This document shows positions 48,157-58,261 of a DNA stretch of 64,000 bases, piece by piece. Position numbers and translations under genes: made by a program. The first letter of the stretch is position 1, and the number at the start of each line of letters is the position of its first letter. The DNA lies in the IMG/VR virus record IMGVR_UViG_3300005842_000001, positions 1 to 64,000 of that record. The stretch is one strand, 5' to 3'. Below the pieces are notes generated by a model. The model was not told the origin of the DNA. It ran no database searches and was given only the letters and a program-made list of their open reading frames with translations. This DNA is from a virus.

Positions 48157-49428
48157 ATGCCTTCGACGATTCTTTTTCGTGCTGATGCCACCAAAGTTGC
48201 TGGCCAATCATCGATCACGATCACTGGCTATGACGTGGCAACTACCTACAGCTTGACGATTGGTAACAAGGTTGTCAGTACGCTCGGCGTGGGCGGCACA
48301 GCGGCAACGACTGCGGCGGCGCTGCAAGCGTTGGCAGCGGCATCACAAGACCCAGAGTTCCTTGAACTTAATTTCACTGTTATCAGTGCAACGATCTTTT
48401 GGACTGCCAAAGTTGCTGGTGTGGCGTTCAATGTAACTGGAGCGCCGACGGGTGGCGCTGGAACCATGTCAGGCGTTTCTATCGTTATTGCGAGCAGTGG
48501 CCCTGGCGATCTTAGCGTGTTGGCTAATTACAGCGGCGGTGCATTGCCAGCCGCTGGCGATACTTTGATTTTTGAAAATCTGAGAACTGCCTCAACAGAC
48601 ATTCGATATGGTCTTTCAGCGCTATCAGGCATTGCGCTGGCTAAGATCATCTTCAGAAATTGCAGCATCGATTTTGGTTTGCCACAACTCAATCAACTTG
48701 GCTATTTTGAATATCGCCCTCAGTACCTCACTTTGAATGCTGCCATCATTGAGTTCGATTGTCCTGAGTGTCAGCTTGGACGACTTGATACAGGAGCAAA
48801 TCAAGTTGCGATCACAGTAAAAGCAACAGGCACCAGCAAGGTCAATGGGCTAAAAACTCTGCTCTGGAAAGGCACGCATGCTTCTAATGTCTGTTATTTC
48901 GATAGGGGTCAGATTGGTGTAGCTGTGCTGGCTGGCGAGACTGCTGTGATCGCTACGATGAATTGCGGATATGTTGTCTCGGCTACATCTGATTCAGTTG
49001 TCCAGATCGGATCGAATGCAAGCACCGTAACTCTTGGAACAGTTAATCGAACTGGTGGAACGCTCGACCTCTATTGCGGTACAAGCGGCACGATCACCAG
49101 CAAAGAGAGCGCTGGCTTGATCAGACTGTTCACGAGCAGCACGACAGCATTCCTCTTGAGCTATGCTGGTAGCATTCAGCATTTCGGAAGCGGCACGATC
49201 ACCAACATGACTCTCGGCAATAATGTTTCTTTTGACAGCACTCAGAATGAATATGGCTTCCAGATTACTAACGTGGTGCAAGGGTATAAAGGCTGTTCGT
49301 TCATTGATCCATTCAAGCGGGCTGTTGCTCCTGCGGCGGCTGTTTGGCTTGGCATCAAGGGCAATGGTTGTAAGAATAAGGACATGACCGTAGACCGGGG
49401 CGAAGATTGCATCATCCAGGCTGCTTAA
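48157..49428 (+). CDS. tail or virion structural protein
   Basis: G/T/A-rich beta protein; NYSGGALP.AGD motif and beta-solenoid-like C-terminus. Confidence 0.6.
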   Translation: MPSTILFRADATKVAGQSSITITGYDVATTYSLTIGNKVVSTLGVGGTAATTAAALQALAAASQDPEFLELNFTVISATIFWTAKVAGVAFNVTGAPTGGAGTMSGVSIVIASSGPGDLSVLANYSGGALPAAGDTLIFENLRTASTDIRYGLSALSGIALAKIIFRNCSIDFGLPQLNQLGYFEYRPQYLTLNAAIIEFDCPECQLGRLDTGANQVAITVKATGTSKVNGLKTLLWKGTHASNVCYFDRGQIGVAVLAGETAVIATMNCGYVVSATSDSVVQIGSNASTVTLGTVNRTGGTLDLYCGTSGTITSKESAGLIRLFTSSTTAFLLSYAGSIQHFGSGTITNMTLGNNVSFDSTQNEYGFQITNVVQGYKGCSFIDPFKRAVAPAAAVWLGIKGNGCKNKDMTVDRGEDCIIQAA

Positions 49429-49432
49429 TTCT

Positions 49433-51343
49433 ATGCCACATTTCGAGCAAGGTACTGTCAACTTCCCTGGCATACTCGCCCCCGTAGGGGGGCGATATGC
49501 TTTGACGAGAGGCATCAACCCTGGCATCATTGAGATTCATTGTTGCAATCAGAGAATTGAAAACTTCCGTGGTGCCACTGGCTCTGTTATCTTTCAGCAT
49601 CAGTCCACCGGGTTCTACTTAGAGTTGATCAATTGCAGAGTGTTCCATCACGATCTGATGATTGGTGGAACCAACAAAGAACTCACGATAGCTCTTGAGG
49701 ATCGGCGCTGGCTCTGGCGGTTCCCTAGCATCAGCGGCTGTTACAATCGCAAGACAGCCGATCAGACGATTTACAAAAACTATCGAAAGAATCCGCAAGA
49801 GTTGGCGAAGTTATGCCTTGAAGCGATGGACGAAAAAGGCTATGACGTGTCAGCGCTTCCCACCAACGACTACCCCCCTATTGAGTGGTACGCCAGTAAT
49901 GCAGCGGCGGCGCTGGAGAATCTTGTCAACCTTTATGGTTGCTGTACGACGCTGAACCTCAATGGTTACGTCGTCATCTGCAAGATCGGCGTGGGCAATC
50001 CTCTTCCTCTCAATCTACCATACGACACCAACAACGAAGCGATCATAGCCCCTATACTTCCTGATAGTTACGAAGTGCATTTCGGGCCGACAAAGTATCG
50101 GGTAAATTCCCTGCTACAGTCAGTGGCCATTGACGTGGATGGCGTGATCAAAGGTGCGAACGAAGTAAGCTACAAACCAAAGGTAACAGAAACTGGCGGC
50201 ACTCCTCAATACGCCTGGGACACTGAGATTCCTGGCACGTTCCCTGTGCTGCTTACAAAAGAACTTGAAGGCAACGCTCACTCTGGCCAGCGCCTATTCA
50301 TTATGGACTTGGCCCGAAAGAGCATGTTCAAATACTTCCAGATCAGCACATATCAGCCTGATCCTTCTGCTAGCGACCAGAGCCGTGGCGCTCCGATGGA
50401 GATACCGGGTTGCAAAATCAAGATCGAGGATATTGATCAGTTGTTGCCAATCGACGACACGCTTTACAATGTGTGTCTCGATCCTAGTGCTACTGCTCAA
50501 GACCTGAAGAATAATCGATTCAACCAAGTGTCAGATACCAATTCGATTTCTGAACGGTTGTGGGATGTTGTTGATCTAAGTTTGGTTTGGGGGACGTTCT
50601 TCAAGTCCCTTGGCCACTTCATTGGCACTGCAAAGCAAACAAGTGAGATTGCTTTCAAAAAACCTGAAGGCGAAAACAGTTACAATGCTGGCGGTTATCA
50701 GATCGACAAAGAGCGTGGCATCGTCATGTTCGATGATTATGTGTACAAGATGACTAACCCTGATGATGTAAATAATTCAAAGAGGACTTTTCCCGATCTG
50801 GCATTGAGCTTCATGACCTCAGTGCGTGACAGGAAAACAGGGGCATTCGACCACTATACATATAAACGAGACAGCAAGATCACCAAGAAGAATGGCACCA
50901 AACCTCAAGTGATCATGAAGCCAGAGTATCAACTCGTGGTGACTCACGAGATGTTGAACGGTGGCAACCCTGGCCCGGCAAAACAAGTCAACAAAAAGAT
51001 GCTCGATCAGATCGCTGAATACTACATCAACTTCGTTGAGCAGACTTCCTTGCTTCAGAATCCACAAACGATCAGATACAATGGGCTGCAAGCTGTCAAC
51101 CCTGATGGTGCGGTCGTGAGCGTGACATTTGAAGTGGGCGGCGGCGGTGCGAAGACGACAGCAAGCTACAATGATGAACGCCATCCGTGGCTTCAGCCTT
51201 ATGAAACTCGCCGCCTGAATGAGCGAACTCGACAAGGAATCAATCAGTTCGGCTTTATTCCACCAGCTTTCTTTTTTGCTCCTCGTGCCTTTCCTTATAA
51301 CATGGGTTCTGTATTCTCAAATGTGCAGCCATCAAGGCGCTAA
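49433..51343 (+). CDS. baseplate hub / tail tip protein (putative)
   Basis: DRRW.W..G.YN..P.ELA..CL.AM..P.IEW..AA.AL..L pattern; 636 aa in the tail module. Confidence 0.6.
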   Translation: MPHFEQGTVNFPGILAPVGGRYALTRGINPGIIEIHCCNQRIENFRGATGSVIFQHQSTGFYLELINCRVFHHDLMIGGTNKELTIALEDRRWLWRFPSISGCYNRKTADQTIYKNYRKNPQELAKLCLEAMDEKGYDVSALPTNDYPPIEWYASNAAAALENLVNLYGCCTTLNLNGYVVICKIGVGNPLPLNLPYDTNNEAIIAPILPDSYEVHFGPTKYRVNSLLQSVAIDVDGVIKGANEVSYKPKVTETGGTPQYAWDTEIPGTFPVLLTKELEGNAHSGQRLFIMDLARKSMFKYFQISTYQPDPSASDQSRGAPMEIPGCKIKIEDIDQLLPIDDTLYNVCLDPSATAQDLKNNRFNQVSDTNSISERLWDVVDLSLVWGTFFKSLGHFIGTAKQTSEIAFKKPEGENSYNAGGYQIDKERGIVMFDDYVYKMTNPDDVNNSKRTFPDLALSFMTSVRDRKTGAFDHYTYKRDSKITKKNGTKPQVIMKPEYQLVVTHEMLNGGNPGPAKQVNKKMLDQIAEYYINFVEQTSLLQNPQTIRYNGLQAVNPDGAVVSVTFEVGGGGAKTTASYNDERHPWLQPYETRRLNERTRQGINQFGFIPPAFFFAPRAFPYNMGSVFSNVQPSRR

Positions 51344-51352
51344 CTTGGGGAA

Positions 51353-51670
51353 ATGATCATGAAAGCTGGCACTGTTTTTCCAAAAGATCACGAGACGTTT
51401 GGAGCTTGGGTAGGCAAAGCTGCTACCTACATTTCAAAAGATCAGGGCGTGGTGATCGCAAAGAGCGTGGTAGTTGATAATGGTTTTGAAATTGCTCTGA
51501 GTGTCGGAACCGACGACAAGATCACTCTTCAGCACATTGGGGCAGATGGTAGACTTCATTGGGCTGTTGTGTCACCAGAAGCATACGAAAGAGCAGTCGT
51601 CGAAATGCTCGAAACGCTCAAGGGGAAGGTGAAGCTCATTCCTAAAGACACTGAAGAGGTCGTGTCTTAG
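51353..51670 (+). CDS. hypothetical protein
   Basis: Packed ORF with purine-rich RBS. Confidence 0.55.
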   Translation: MIMKAGTVFPKDHETFGAWVGKAATYISKDQGVVIAKSVVVDNGFEIALSVGTDDKITLQHIGADGRLHWAVVSPEAYERAVVEMLETLKGKVKLIPKDTEEVVS

Positions 51671-51676
51671 AAACTT

Positions 51677-51748
51677 CGCGGGGTGGACCAGCGGTAGGTC
51701 GTCGGGTTCATAACCCGAAGGTCGTGAGTTCGATTCTCACCCCCGCAA
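51677..51748 (+). tRNA. initiator tRNA-fMet (CAT)
   Basis: Cloverleaf CGCGGGG/CCCCGCA with C1:A72 mismatch, D stem GACC/GGTC (A11-U24), anticodon stem TCGGG/CCCGA, loop TTCATAA, T loop TTCGATT; no encoded CCA. Confidence 0.93.
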
Positions 51749-51760
51749 TTTTGGTGAGCC

Positions 51761-52195
51761 ATGCTCGATAGAGAACAATCAACCCCTCATACTGATTTTC
51801 AGCGCAAGATACCTTGCTTCAATAATAGTGAGACCGTCACACTCCCAGCCTTCGGTAGCTGCTCTGCAATTGATATGGATGTGGATGACACTTCAGGCGA
51901 GGGATCGTTGACTGTAGACGTGCCAGCGAACGATAACGACAAGCTGGCTTACTTCGTGACTGAAGCTGCTATCCCACCCCAAAGTTCTGGATTCGTTCAA
52001 GTCGATTTCCCTGCTCTTGCTCTGTATGACGATGCTGATGGCACTCCTGGCTTGGATGAGCAGTGGGGGACAAAAGCTGGTGAGGTCAAGCTCAGAAAGG
52101 GCAAGACGGGATTCCTAACCCGCCCTTGGGCTGCTGGCGTGACTCCTAGAATCTCTAACTCAGTGGTAGTAGAGAGGGAAGTATGCCGGTTCTAA
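51761..52195 (+). CDS. putative tail protein
   Basis: Paralogous to the N-terminal domain of 52183..53283. Confidence 0.6.
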   Translation: MLDREQSTPHTDFQRKIPCFNNSETVTLPAFGSCSAIDMDVDDTSGEGSLTVDVPANDNDKLAYFVTEAAIPPQSSGFVQVDFPALALYDDADGTPGLDEQWGTKAGEVKLRKGKTGFLTRPWAAGVTPRISNSVVVEREVCRF

Positions 52196-53283
52196 TCGGC
52201 CCTGATATGTGTCTGAGACGACTTCCAGTGATCAACAACACTGCTGAAGACTGTCCTGTGTATGGCGCGTGTGAGATTTCTAGGCCAGATGAAAACGGTG
52301 TTTATCAACTTAGGAAGCCTGACAAAGATGATTCAGGCACCGCCTACATCAATACAGAATCAGTGATCAAAGCTAATGGCGGTAGAGGGTATGTTTGCCG
52401 CCAAACTCCGACGTGGGCTTTATATCATGCTGCCGATGGCGATCCTGACAACAGGGAGAGCATAGGCACTCGATCTGGCTTCTGGGAATTGCACCGGGGG
52501 TACGAAGGGTTCATAGTTATTGGTGGTGCTGATGGAACCAAAGTCTATGTAGAAAGAGACGTAACGTGTCGTGATTTAGTGAGCGGTGGGTATTACGGGT
52601 ATTATCCAGCAGGTCGTCCAGCTTCCAATCCATCAGATTGCCCCTCATGCCCAGGAGGAATCGGACCATCACAGATCATTGTTGACGTATTATTTTCTGG
52701 CAGTTGCTCTGGGAATTACACAATAGACGAACACGCCACAGGAACATCTTTATCTTTCTCATGTACTTCAGCAGGAATAGTTGAGCCTGTTTGCTTGCCA
52801 CCGACAGCGCCATCGTCGCATCGCAGCAAAATACAAAGTGTTGTCGAAGAACATTCGTGCTTTTCTAATGTGACGATAACATACACGCACGTTGGTGGTA
52901 ATGTTTTCGTTCCCGATGTGTCAACTCTGCATGGTTGCAAGTTGCATTTCTACGGGAAGATGTGCAACAGCCTTGGCGTGCCAGAGTCATACGATTTTAC
53001 TGCTGAAACTATTTTAACAGTCGAGAATATCACACTAAACGCTGGCTGCACTTCTGCAACCATAGCGTTCACAGGAAGTATCATTTATACTCCGGCGACA
53101 ATAACTTTGATGTTTGCCACCTTTACAGTGCCCACTGATTTCTGCGTATCTATTTGCCCCGAAAACTATTCAAAGACAATTACTGGCTCGCCGTTGTGCA
53201 TTGGTTCTGCAAGCCCGTTCCCGACGGCCCCTCTCTTTACTTGCGATTGCCACATGGCATCTATTGCGTGGAGGCTGGCTTAA
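52183..53283 (+). CDS. putative tail fibre / Cys-rich virion protein
   Basis: N-domain shared with the previous gene; Cys/Thr-rich C-terminal region. Confidence 0.6.
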   Translation: MPVLIGPDMCLRRLPVINNTAEDCPVYGACEISRPDENGVYQLRKPDKDDSGTAYINTESVIKANGGRGYVCRQTPTWALYHAADGDPDNRESIGTRSGFWELHRGYEGFIVIGGADGTKVYVERDVTCRDLVSGGYYGYYPAGRPASNPSDCPSCPGGIGPSQIIVDVLFSGSCSGNYTIDEHATGTSLSFSCTSAGIVEPVCLPPTAPSSHRSKIQSVVEEHSCFSNVTITYTHVGGNVFVPDVSTLHGCKLHFYGKMCNSLGVPESYDFTAETILTVENITLNAGCTSATIAFTGSIIYTPATITLMFATFTVPTDFCVSICPENYSKTITGSPLCIGSASPFPTAPLFTCDCHMASIAWRLA

Positions 53284-53284
53284 A

Positions 53285-54484
53285 ATGAAAATAAGTCTGC
53301 CATCATGTTCTTACCAAGGAGAGATTACAGAGGGACGATTTTTTTGCTCGAATCCACATGTTGTGTCTCGCCTGCCTGATGGCAAGCATGACATATCTAT
53401 TTGCGACAAATGTAATCGACACTCGGAGAGGCCGCAAGAGAAACCGCATGCACCTCAAAACAAATCTAGCAGCAATCTTCTTCGCTCACTTCCTATCGCC
53501 AAGCAATGCAAGTATTTAGGCGACCGGCTCACGCCGGAGGAAGTCAAAGAAAAGCAGTTGACGGGATGCCGAACTTGTAGCGGTGAAGTACCTGCGTTTC
53601 ATTGCAAGTTTCCCGGCATGAAGAAGTTTAATGACGGGCCGTATACTCGGATTGCTGAGTGCATGAACTGCACGGACTGGAAAGGCAAAGACACCATCAT
53701 CGAATCTCCTGCTTACGGCAAGCACGGCGTGGTCATAGGCTCCTACGGCATGCCGGGTGTGGTTGAGCTCTCCATCGCCATGATCCGTGAGACCTGCGGC
53801 CCGGACATACCCATACTCATTGCCGACGACTGCACTCCTGAATCGATGGGCAGGCAGCGGCTACTCTCGCTTCCCACAAAATACCCTGGTGTTTCACTAC
53901 ACATGACTGGCGAGAACTTGGGGCACGCGCCGGGCGATATCCGTGCCTACCGCAACGGTATCAGATGGGCCGAAAAGCACGGCATCAAATACATCTGCAA
54001 ACTCTCCCAGCGGTTCATCTTTTTGTCTGATCGCTGGCTTCAAGATGTTGTTAGGGAGATGGAGATTCACGGATATGCTACGTCTAGCCAACGAGCGGTG
54101 CATCTTCACATGCAGTTCGCTATCCGGTCAGAGTGCGTGTTCATGGATGTGAAGAAATGCGTAAATAGTCCAGGGTTAATGGCGAGGCTCGATCCTCCTG
54201 GCGGTAAAATACCAACTTCAGCAGAGAGTTGGTTGCATGCTGGAATTAACGAAGGTAAATTATTACCGGTCATGCGATGCCGCCTGATGCCGGTAGACAG
54301 GTTTGGAAAACACAGCTCTGTTCTTTGGCACAACTCAGATGCCGATGATAGTTGTCAGGGGGGGGCTGAAGCATATCATAATCTTGCAAAAGAAATGGGC
54401 ATTGACCTTGGGCCTGAGTTTAGTGGCGCTGGCTGGCATGTCATCGCATCAATGCGGCCCGATGCTAATTATAAAATGCTTTAG
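53285..54484 (+). CDS. Cys-rich N-domain + GT-A (GT2-like) glycosyltransferase
   Basis: GVVIGSY...SI..IR..ILIADDCT..NLGH..GD..A..GI..A pattern; N-terminal CxxC clusters. Confidence 0.6.
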   Translation: MKISLPSCSYQGEITEGRFFCSNPHVVSRLPDGKHDISICDKCNRHSERPQEKPHAPQNKSSSNLLRSLPIAKQCKYLGDRLTPEEVKEKQLTGCRTCSGEVPAFHCKFPGMKKFNDGPYTRIAECMNCTDWKGKDTIIESPAYGKHGVVIGSYGMPGVVELSIAMIRETCGPDIPILIADDCTPESMGRQRLLSLPTKYPGVSLHMTGENLGHAPGDIRAYRNGIRWAEKHGIKYICKLSQRFIFLSDRWLQDVVREMEIHGYATSSQRAVHLHMQFAIRSECVFMDVKKCVNSPGLMARLDPPGGKIPTSAESWLHAGINEGKLLPVMRCRLMPVDRFGKHSSVLWHNSDADDSCQGGAEAYHNLAKEMGIDLGPEFSGAGWHVIASMRPDANYKML

Positions 54485-54539
54485 TCTTGACCTTTCTCAC
54501 GCAATGTGTATATGGTTAGCCAATAAGGGGAATCACGCC

Positions 54540-54728
54540 ATGTCGAAAATCTTTACAGTCCTGTCATTATTACTGCTCATCGGCTGTAACCAGCAGCCTA
54601 CGACAGCACAGATCGCTGAAGGCATCATGATAGCCGAGAAAGAAAAGAAGCTCGACAACATGCTTGATCGGCTTAAATCAATGAAGGCACACGCTCAGAG
54701 CATTAAGGATATTTCAGCAAGTAAGTAA
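54540..54728 (+). CDS. small lipoprotein
   Basis: MSKIFTVLSLLLLIG-C lipobox; AAGGGG RBS. Confidence 0.65.
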   Translation: MSKIFTVLSLLLLIGCNQQPTTAQIAEGIMIAEKEKKLDNMLDRLKSMKAHAQSIKDISASK

Positions 54729-54793
54729 TGCGGCATCCTTGCCGACAGTTCTCAATCTCCTAGCTATATGCTACACGGCCAGGAGATAGATAT

Positions 54794-55945
54794 ATGTTTC
54801 GGTTCAAGATGGTTGCTTTTGCCTTTTTAATTCTTTGCGGGCAAGCATTCGGGCAAAACAAAATCAGAATGAGTGTTGTGCCGACTGGATCGCCAGCACC
54901 AATAACCTACAAGGAAGTAACGCTTGAACTTGGCCAGATGTATACTGTTGAGTTCGCTACAGCAGACAATAAAGCTCCTTTTGGTGGCCAGCCTTATTCG
55001 GTCGAATGCGAAGCGGTTGGAAGTAATACACCTTCGACCTGGATTCGTGGCCTTGTGCCTCTCGACAACAACTACAAGAACCTTGCTCCTGAAAATCTGA
55101 TCGACACTGCAACAGTATTTGTCAGCGATGAAACTCCTGATGCCATGGTGTTGCGAGCAGTCTGCAATAACAGAACAGTTTTCAGGGCGAACATCACGGC
55201 GATCAAGAAAAAGAAACCGCCACAACCTAGCCCCTATCTTGCTGCGCTCACCACTGCGGCTGCTCTTGATCATGCCCAGCCAGTCGAGCTATCGACGCTG
55301 GCGATGGCGTATAAAAACGTTGCTGGCATGATGGGTTCACTAAAGACTGGCCGGGACGTTTGGTCAGCAATCGGTATTGAGTACCTAAAAATATCTGCTG
55401 GCAGTTTGATTCAGACACGAGATGCCATCAGCAAGATTCTGATGAGCGATACGGTGCGGTATTACGATCTACAGTTGACAGCAGACGACTCGAAAGCGCT
55501 CAAGCTCATTCTGGTAAACATTGAGACAGCACTTGAGGCGTTGGCAGCAGGGCCAACGCCTTCGCCGCCGACGCCCGGCCCGCCTACCCCTAATCCTGTT
55601 TCCCCTTCGCCTTTCTCTGATCCTGGCTTCAGGGTGCTAATCGTTTACAAGACAGCAGACAAAGGAAAGATTCCACAGTCTCAGGATATAGCACTCAGGG
55701 CGGCTGCTCTGAGGACGTATCTCAATGCAAAGTGTGTCAAGGTCGATTCAACTCCTGAATGGCGAATCTGGCCGGATGATGTTGACACAGCGAACGAAAA
55801 ACCGATCTGGCAGAATGCTATGAAGCTACCTCGTGCCAGCACTCCTTGGATTTACATTGGCGACGGTCAAAAGGGAATCTCTTGCGCTCTGCCCGCTGAC
55901 ACAGATGGCGTTCTAAAGCTATTGCAGCAATATGGTGGGCAATGA
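54794..55945 (+). CDS. exported multidomain protein with Pro linker and thioredoxin-like C-terminus
   Basis: Signal peptide ..QAFG; PTPSPPTP linker; RVLIVY..D...YL..KC...WRIW...PW C-domain. Confidence 0.6.
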   Translation: MFRFKMVAFAFLILCGQAFGQNKIRMSVVPTGSPAPITYKEVTLELGQMYTVEFATADNKAPFGGQPYSVECEAVGSNTPSTWIRGLVPLDNNYKNLAPENLIDTATVFVSDETPDAMVLRAVCNNRTVFRANITAIKKKKPPQPSPYLAALTTAAALDHAQPVELSTLAMAYKNVAGMMGSLKTGRDVWSAIGIEYLKISAGSLIQTRDAISKILMSDTVRYYDLQLTADDSKALKLILVNIETALEALAAGPTPSPPTPGPPTPNPVSPSPFSDPGFRVLIVYKTADKGKIPQSQDIALRAAALRTYLNAKCVKVDSTPEWRIWPDDVDTANEKPIWQNAMKLPRASTPWIYIGDGQKGISCALPADTDGVLKLLQQYGGQ

Positions 55946-56055
55946 GATTATTCGGTTACTTGCTCGAATTGATTGCCTTTTTTGTTCGCTGTCGTTTTAC
56001 GATAGAGAACTGGAAGCAAAGTAGAAAGCGAAGCCAACGCATAGGAGCTTGAATC

Positions 56056-56868
56056 ATGGCTGAAGAAATCATCATACACGATGGCAACTACACCGACTTC
56101 ATCGATTGTGAAGTGAACGGCGAAAAGAAACACCGTGGGCTGAAGCCTCGTAACTATGCTATCCACCCGGTAGGCTGCTTTGCGTTCGCTCCACGCTTTA
56201 GCCTTGACATTATTCCTGAATCACAGTGGCAATCACGTCTTGATGAATTGATCGCCCGCAAAGCTCAGCTATCAGATATTCGCAACACCGGTATGAACGG
56301 CTCAAGGATTCCTTCTCGTGATCAAAACGGAAGAGGGTACTGCTGGGGGCATAGCTCGACGAGCGTAGCGATGATCTGGCGGGCGTTAATGGGGCTGCCT
56401 TATGCTGATCTGTCGGCATATGCCGTTTGTTGCATCATCAAACGGTTCAGAGACGAGGGCGGCAATGCAATCGATTCTCTATCGTTCATGGCTGACAGGG
56501 GCATACCTACCAGTCAGTATTGGCCTCAGCAGTCAACCAACAGATCGAACGATAATCCGCAAACGTGGGCCAATGCTGCTCTGCATAAGTTCGCTCCTAA
56601 CTGGATGGACTTAGACACTGATCAGGATCAGATGCGAGCGCAGTTGGTAACGTGTCTGCTACTTGGCATTCCTGTTGCCACTGATTTCGATTGGTGGGGA
56701 CATTCGGTTGCTTCTATCGATCTTGTCAGTGTCAGACCATTCAGAACACGCATCTGGAACTCTTGGGGCGACGATTGGAGCGATAACGGCATGGGCCTAC
56801 TCGAAGGATCGAAGGCGATTCCCAATGGTGCTGTAGCTGCCTTAACGATGAGCGCTTCGTACAACTAA
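56056..56868 (+). CDS. papain-like (C1 family) cysteine peptidase
   Basis: DQNGRGYCWGH (Q...C), WWGHSV (H), IWNSWG..W..NG (N) catalytic motifs. Confidence 0.85.
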   Translation: MAEEIIIHDGNYTDFIDCEVNGEKKHRGLKPRNYAIHPVGCFAFAPRFSLDIIPESQWQSRLDELIARKAQLSDIRNTGMNGSRIPSRDQNGRGYCWGHSSTSVAMIWRALMGLPYADLSAYAVCCIIKRFRDEGGNAIDSLSFMADRGIPTSQYWPQQSTNRSNDNPQTWANAALHKFAPNWMDLDTDQDQMRAQLVTCLLLGIPVATDFDWWGHSVASIDLVSVRPFRTRIWNSWGDDWSDNGMGLLEGSKAIPNGAVAALTMSASYN

Positions 56869-56929
56869 ATAGATATAAAGTCCGTTGGCGGCACAACGCC
56901 GCCAAGTTCTTTCTTTTGTGGAGTCTGAC

Positions 56930-57541
56930 ATGATGAATTGCATCCGTTTTCTTCTGAGCAACGCTGACCGCATTGGCGGTGACGTTTCTGATGTTGCTGT
57001 CACCCCTTCGCCGCTGGCCACTGATATTGATCACACTACTCTTGTCCTGGCGAACGGGCAAAAGATAGTTGGCTCTGATCTGTCTGTGTTCATCAATAGC
57101 CTTGGTGGACTTTCGACGATCTTCAGCCCTGCCAACATCATCGCTTTGCTCAATCTGTTCTTCCGTCCAACGCCAGCGCCAGCCCCGACACCTGTACCGC
57201 CATCACCAGCGCCAGCGCCGTTCAATCTGGCAGCGTTGCTTACTGGCCTCCTACAGTTGCTTCAGCAGTTCCAGCCTGTCGCCCCGGTTGTTCCCGGCCC
57301 GACGCCTACCCCTTCGCCGGTGCCTACGCCACCTAAGATGATGGCGTTGCCTGTCGAGAAGCGTCCTTCCAAGGAAGACGTGTTGAATGATCTGAAGGCG
57401 AAGGGCGTTGCTGTTGGGATGATTCCGATTCCTCTCTTGGTGATGCTCATTCAGTTGGCGATTCAGTTTGGCTTGCCATTCATCCAAAGTTGGTTGAAGC
57501 CATTCACGCCAGCAGCGAACGGCCCGAAGGTCACTCACTAA
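56930..57541 (+). CDS. Pro-rich membrane-associated protein
   Basis: Amphipathic helices separated by PTPAP linkers; C-terminal hydrophobic helix. Confidence 0.6.
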   Translation: MMNCIRFLLSNADRIGGDVSDVAVTPSPLATDIDHTTLVLANGQKIVGSDLSVFINSLGGLSTIFSPANIIALLNLFFRPTPAPAPTPVPPSPAPAPFNLAALLTGLLQLLQQFQPVAPVVPGPTPTPSPVPTPPKMMALPVEKRPSKEDVLNDLKAKGVAVGMIPIPLLVMLIQLAIQFGLPFIQSWLKPFTPAANGPKVTH

Positions 57542-57563
57542 GATTGGCAGCGATCAACTCACG

Positions 57564-57593
57564 AGGTCAAGAGATGGCTCTTGACCTTCTTTT
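57564..57593 (+). terminator. Rho-independent terminator
   Basis: AGGTCAAGAG-ATGG-CTCTTGACCT plus TCTTTT. Confidence 0.75.
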
Positions 57594-57623
57594 AGGCTCA
57601 CACTTTTCAACAGGGAGGTAGCT

Positions 57624-58151
57624 ATGAAGACTCTAATCTTTCTACTGCTTGCTGTCTTATGCTCTCCAATTGCAGCAAACGACATTCCCACGCCGCCCGG
57701 TTATATACCACGTCCGCCCGGCTGGATCGCTCCCAAGCCAGAAGCGAAGATCACGCCTAAGCAAGACATGCTGGAAGATCAAATTGTTACAGCTACTCCA
57801 CTATCTGTAAAAGCTGGCAGCGGCATTGCTTCTTATGAAGTGCATTGCGATGAAGACGCCGAAATCTTTATCGGTGGCTATCCGACGACTCTGAAAGGCA
57901 CAGTCAGGGTATTCGAGACCCACCCAAACCTGAGCAATGCAACAGGGCATTACATTTTCAAGATGCGTGTTTTCAGGAACGGTGTATACTTTGAATCTGA
58001 GAAGACGGTTGACCACAAGCCCGGTGAGCGCCAAGTTGTGACGTTTGATGAACAAGTTAAGCAAGCCAGATCATTGGACAACTATCGCAATTACAGCCCT
58101 GCCATGTCTTATTCACCGTCGATGGTGAGTAGCGATGAATGCAGCACTTGA
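57624..58151 (+). CDS. exported TIGR03000-like (Planctomycetes) domain protein
   Basis: Signal peptide; DAEIFIGG.PT...GT.R.F.T..L....Y.....V.R.G......V...PG....V.F. Confidence 0.65.
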   Translation: MKTLIFLLLAVLCSPIAANDIPTPPGYIPRPPGWIAPKPEAKITPKQDMLEDQIVTATPLSVKAGSGIASYEVHCDEDAEIFIGGYPTTLKGTVRVFETHPNLSNATGHYIFKMRVFRNGVYFESEKTVDHKPGERQVVTFDEQVKQARSLDNYRNYSPAMSYSPSMVSSDECST

Positions 58152-58167
58152 GGGCGACGATAAACCC

Positions 58168-58196
58168 AAGCCCCCAGTTCGGGGGCTTTTTCTTTG
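58168..58196 (+). terminator. Rho-independent terminator ending the late region
   Basis: AAGCCCCC-AGTTC-GGGGGCTT plus T tract. Confidence 0.85.
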
Positions 58197-58261
58197 TTGA
58201 CTCTTTACGGCAAGCGTGTAAGCTCATATATATATGTGAGCAGTAAACGGGAGAAGTGGCA

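Noticed and set aside
51677-51748. tRNA as a prophage attachment site
   Set aside because: Phage-type genes continue on both sides, and I saw no duplicated 3' fragment or integrase in the window.
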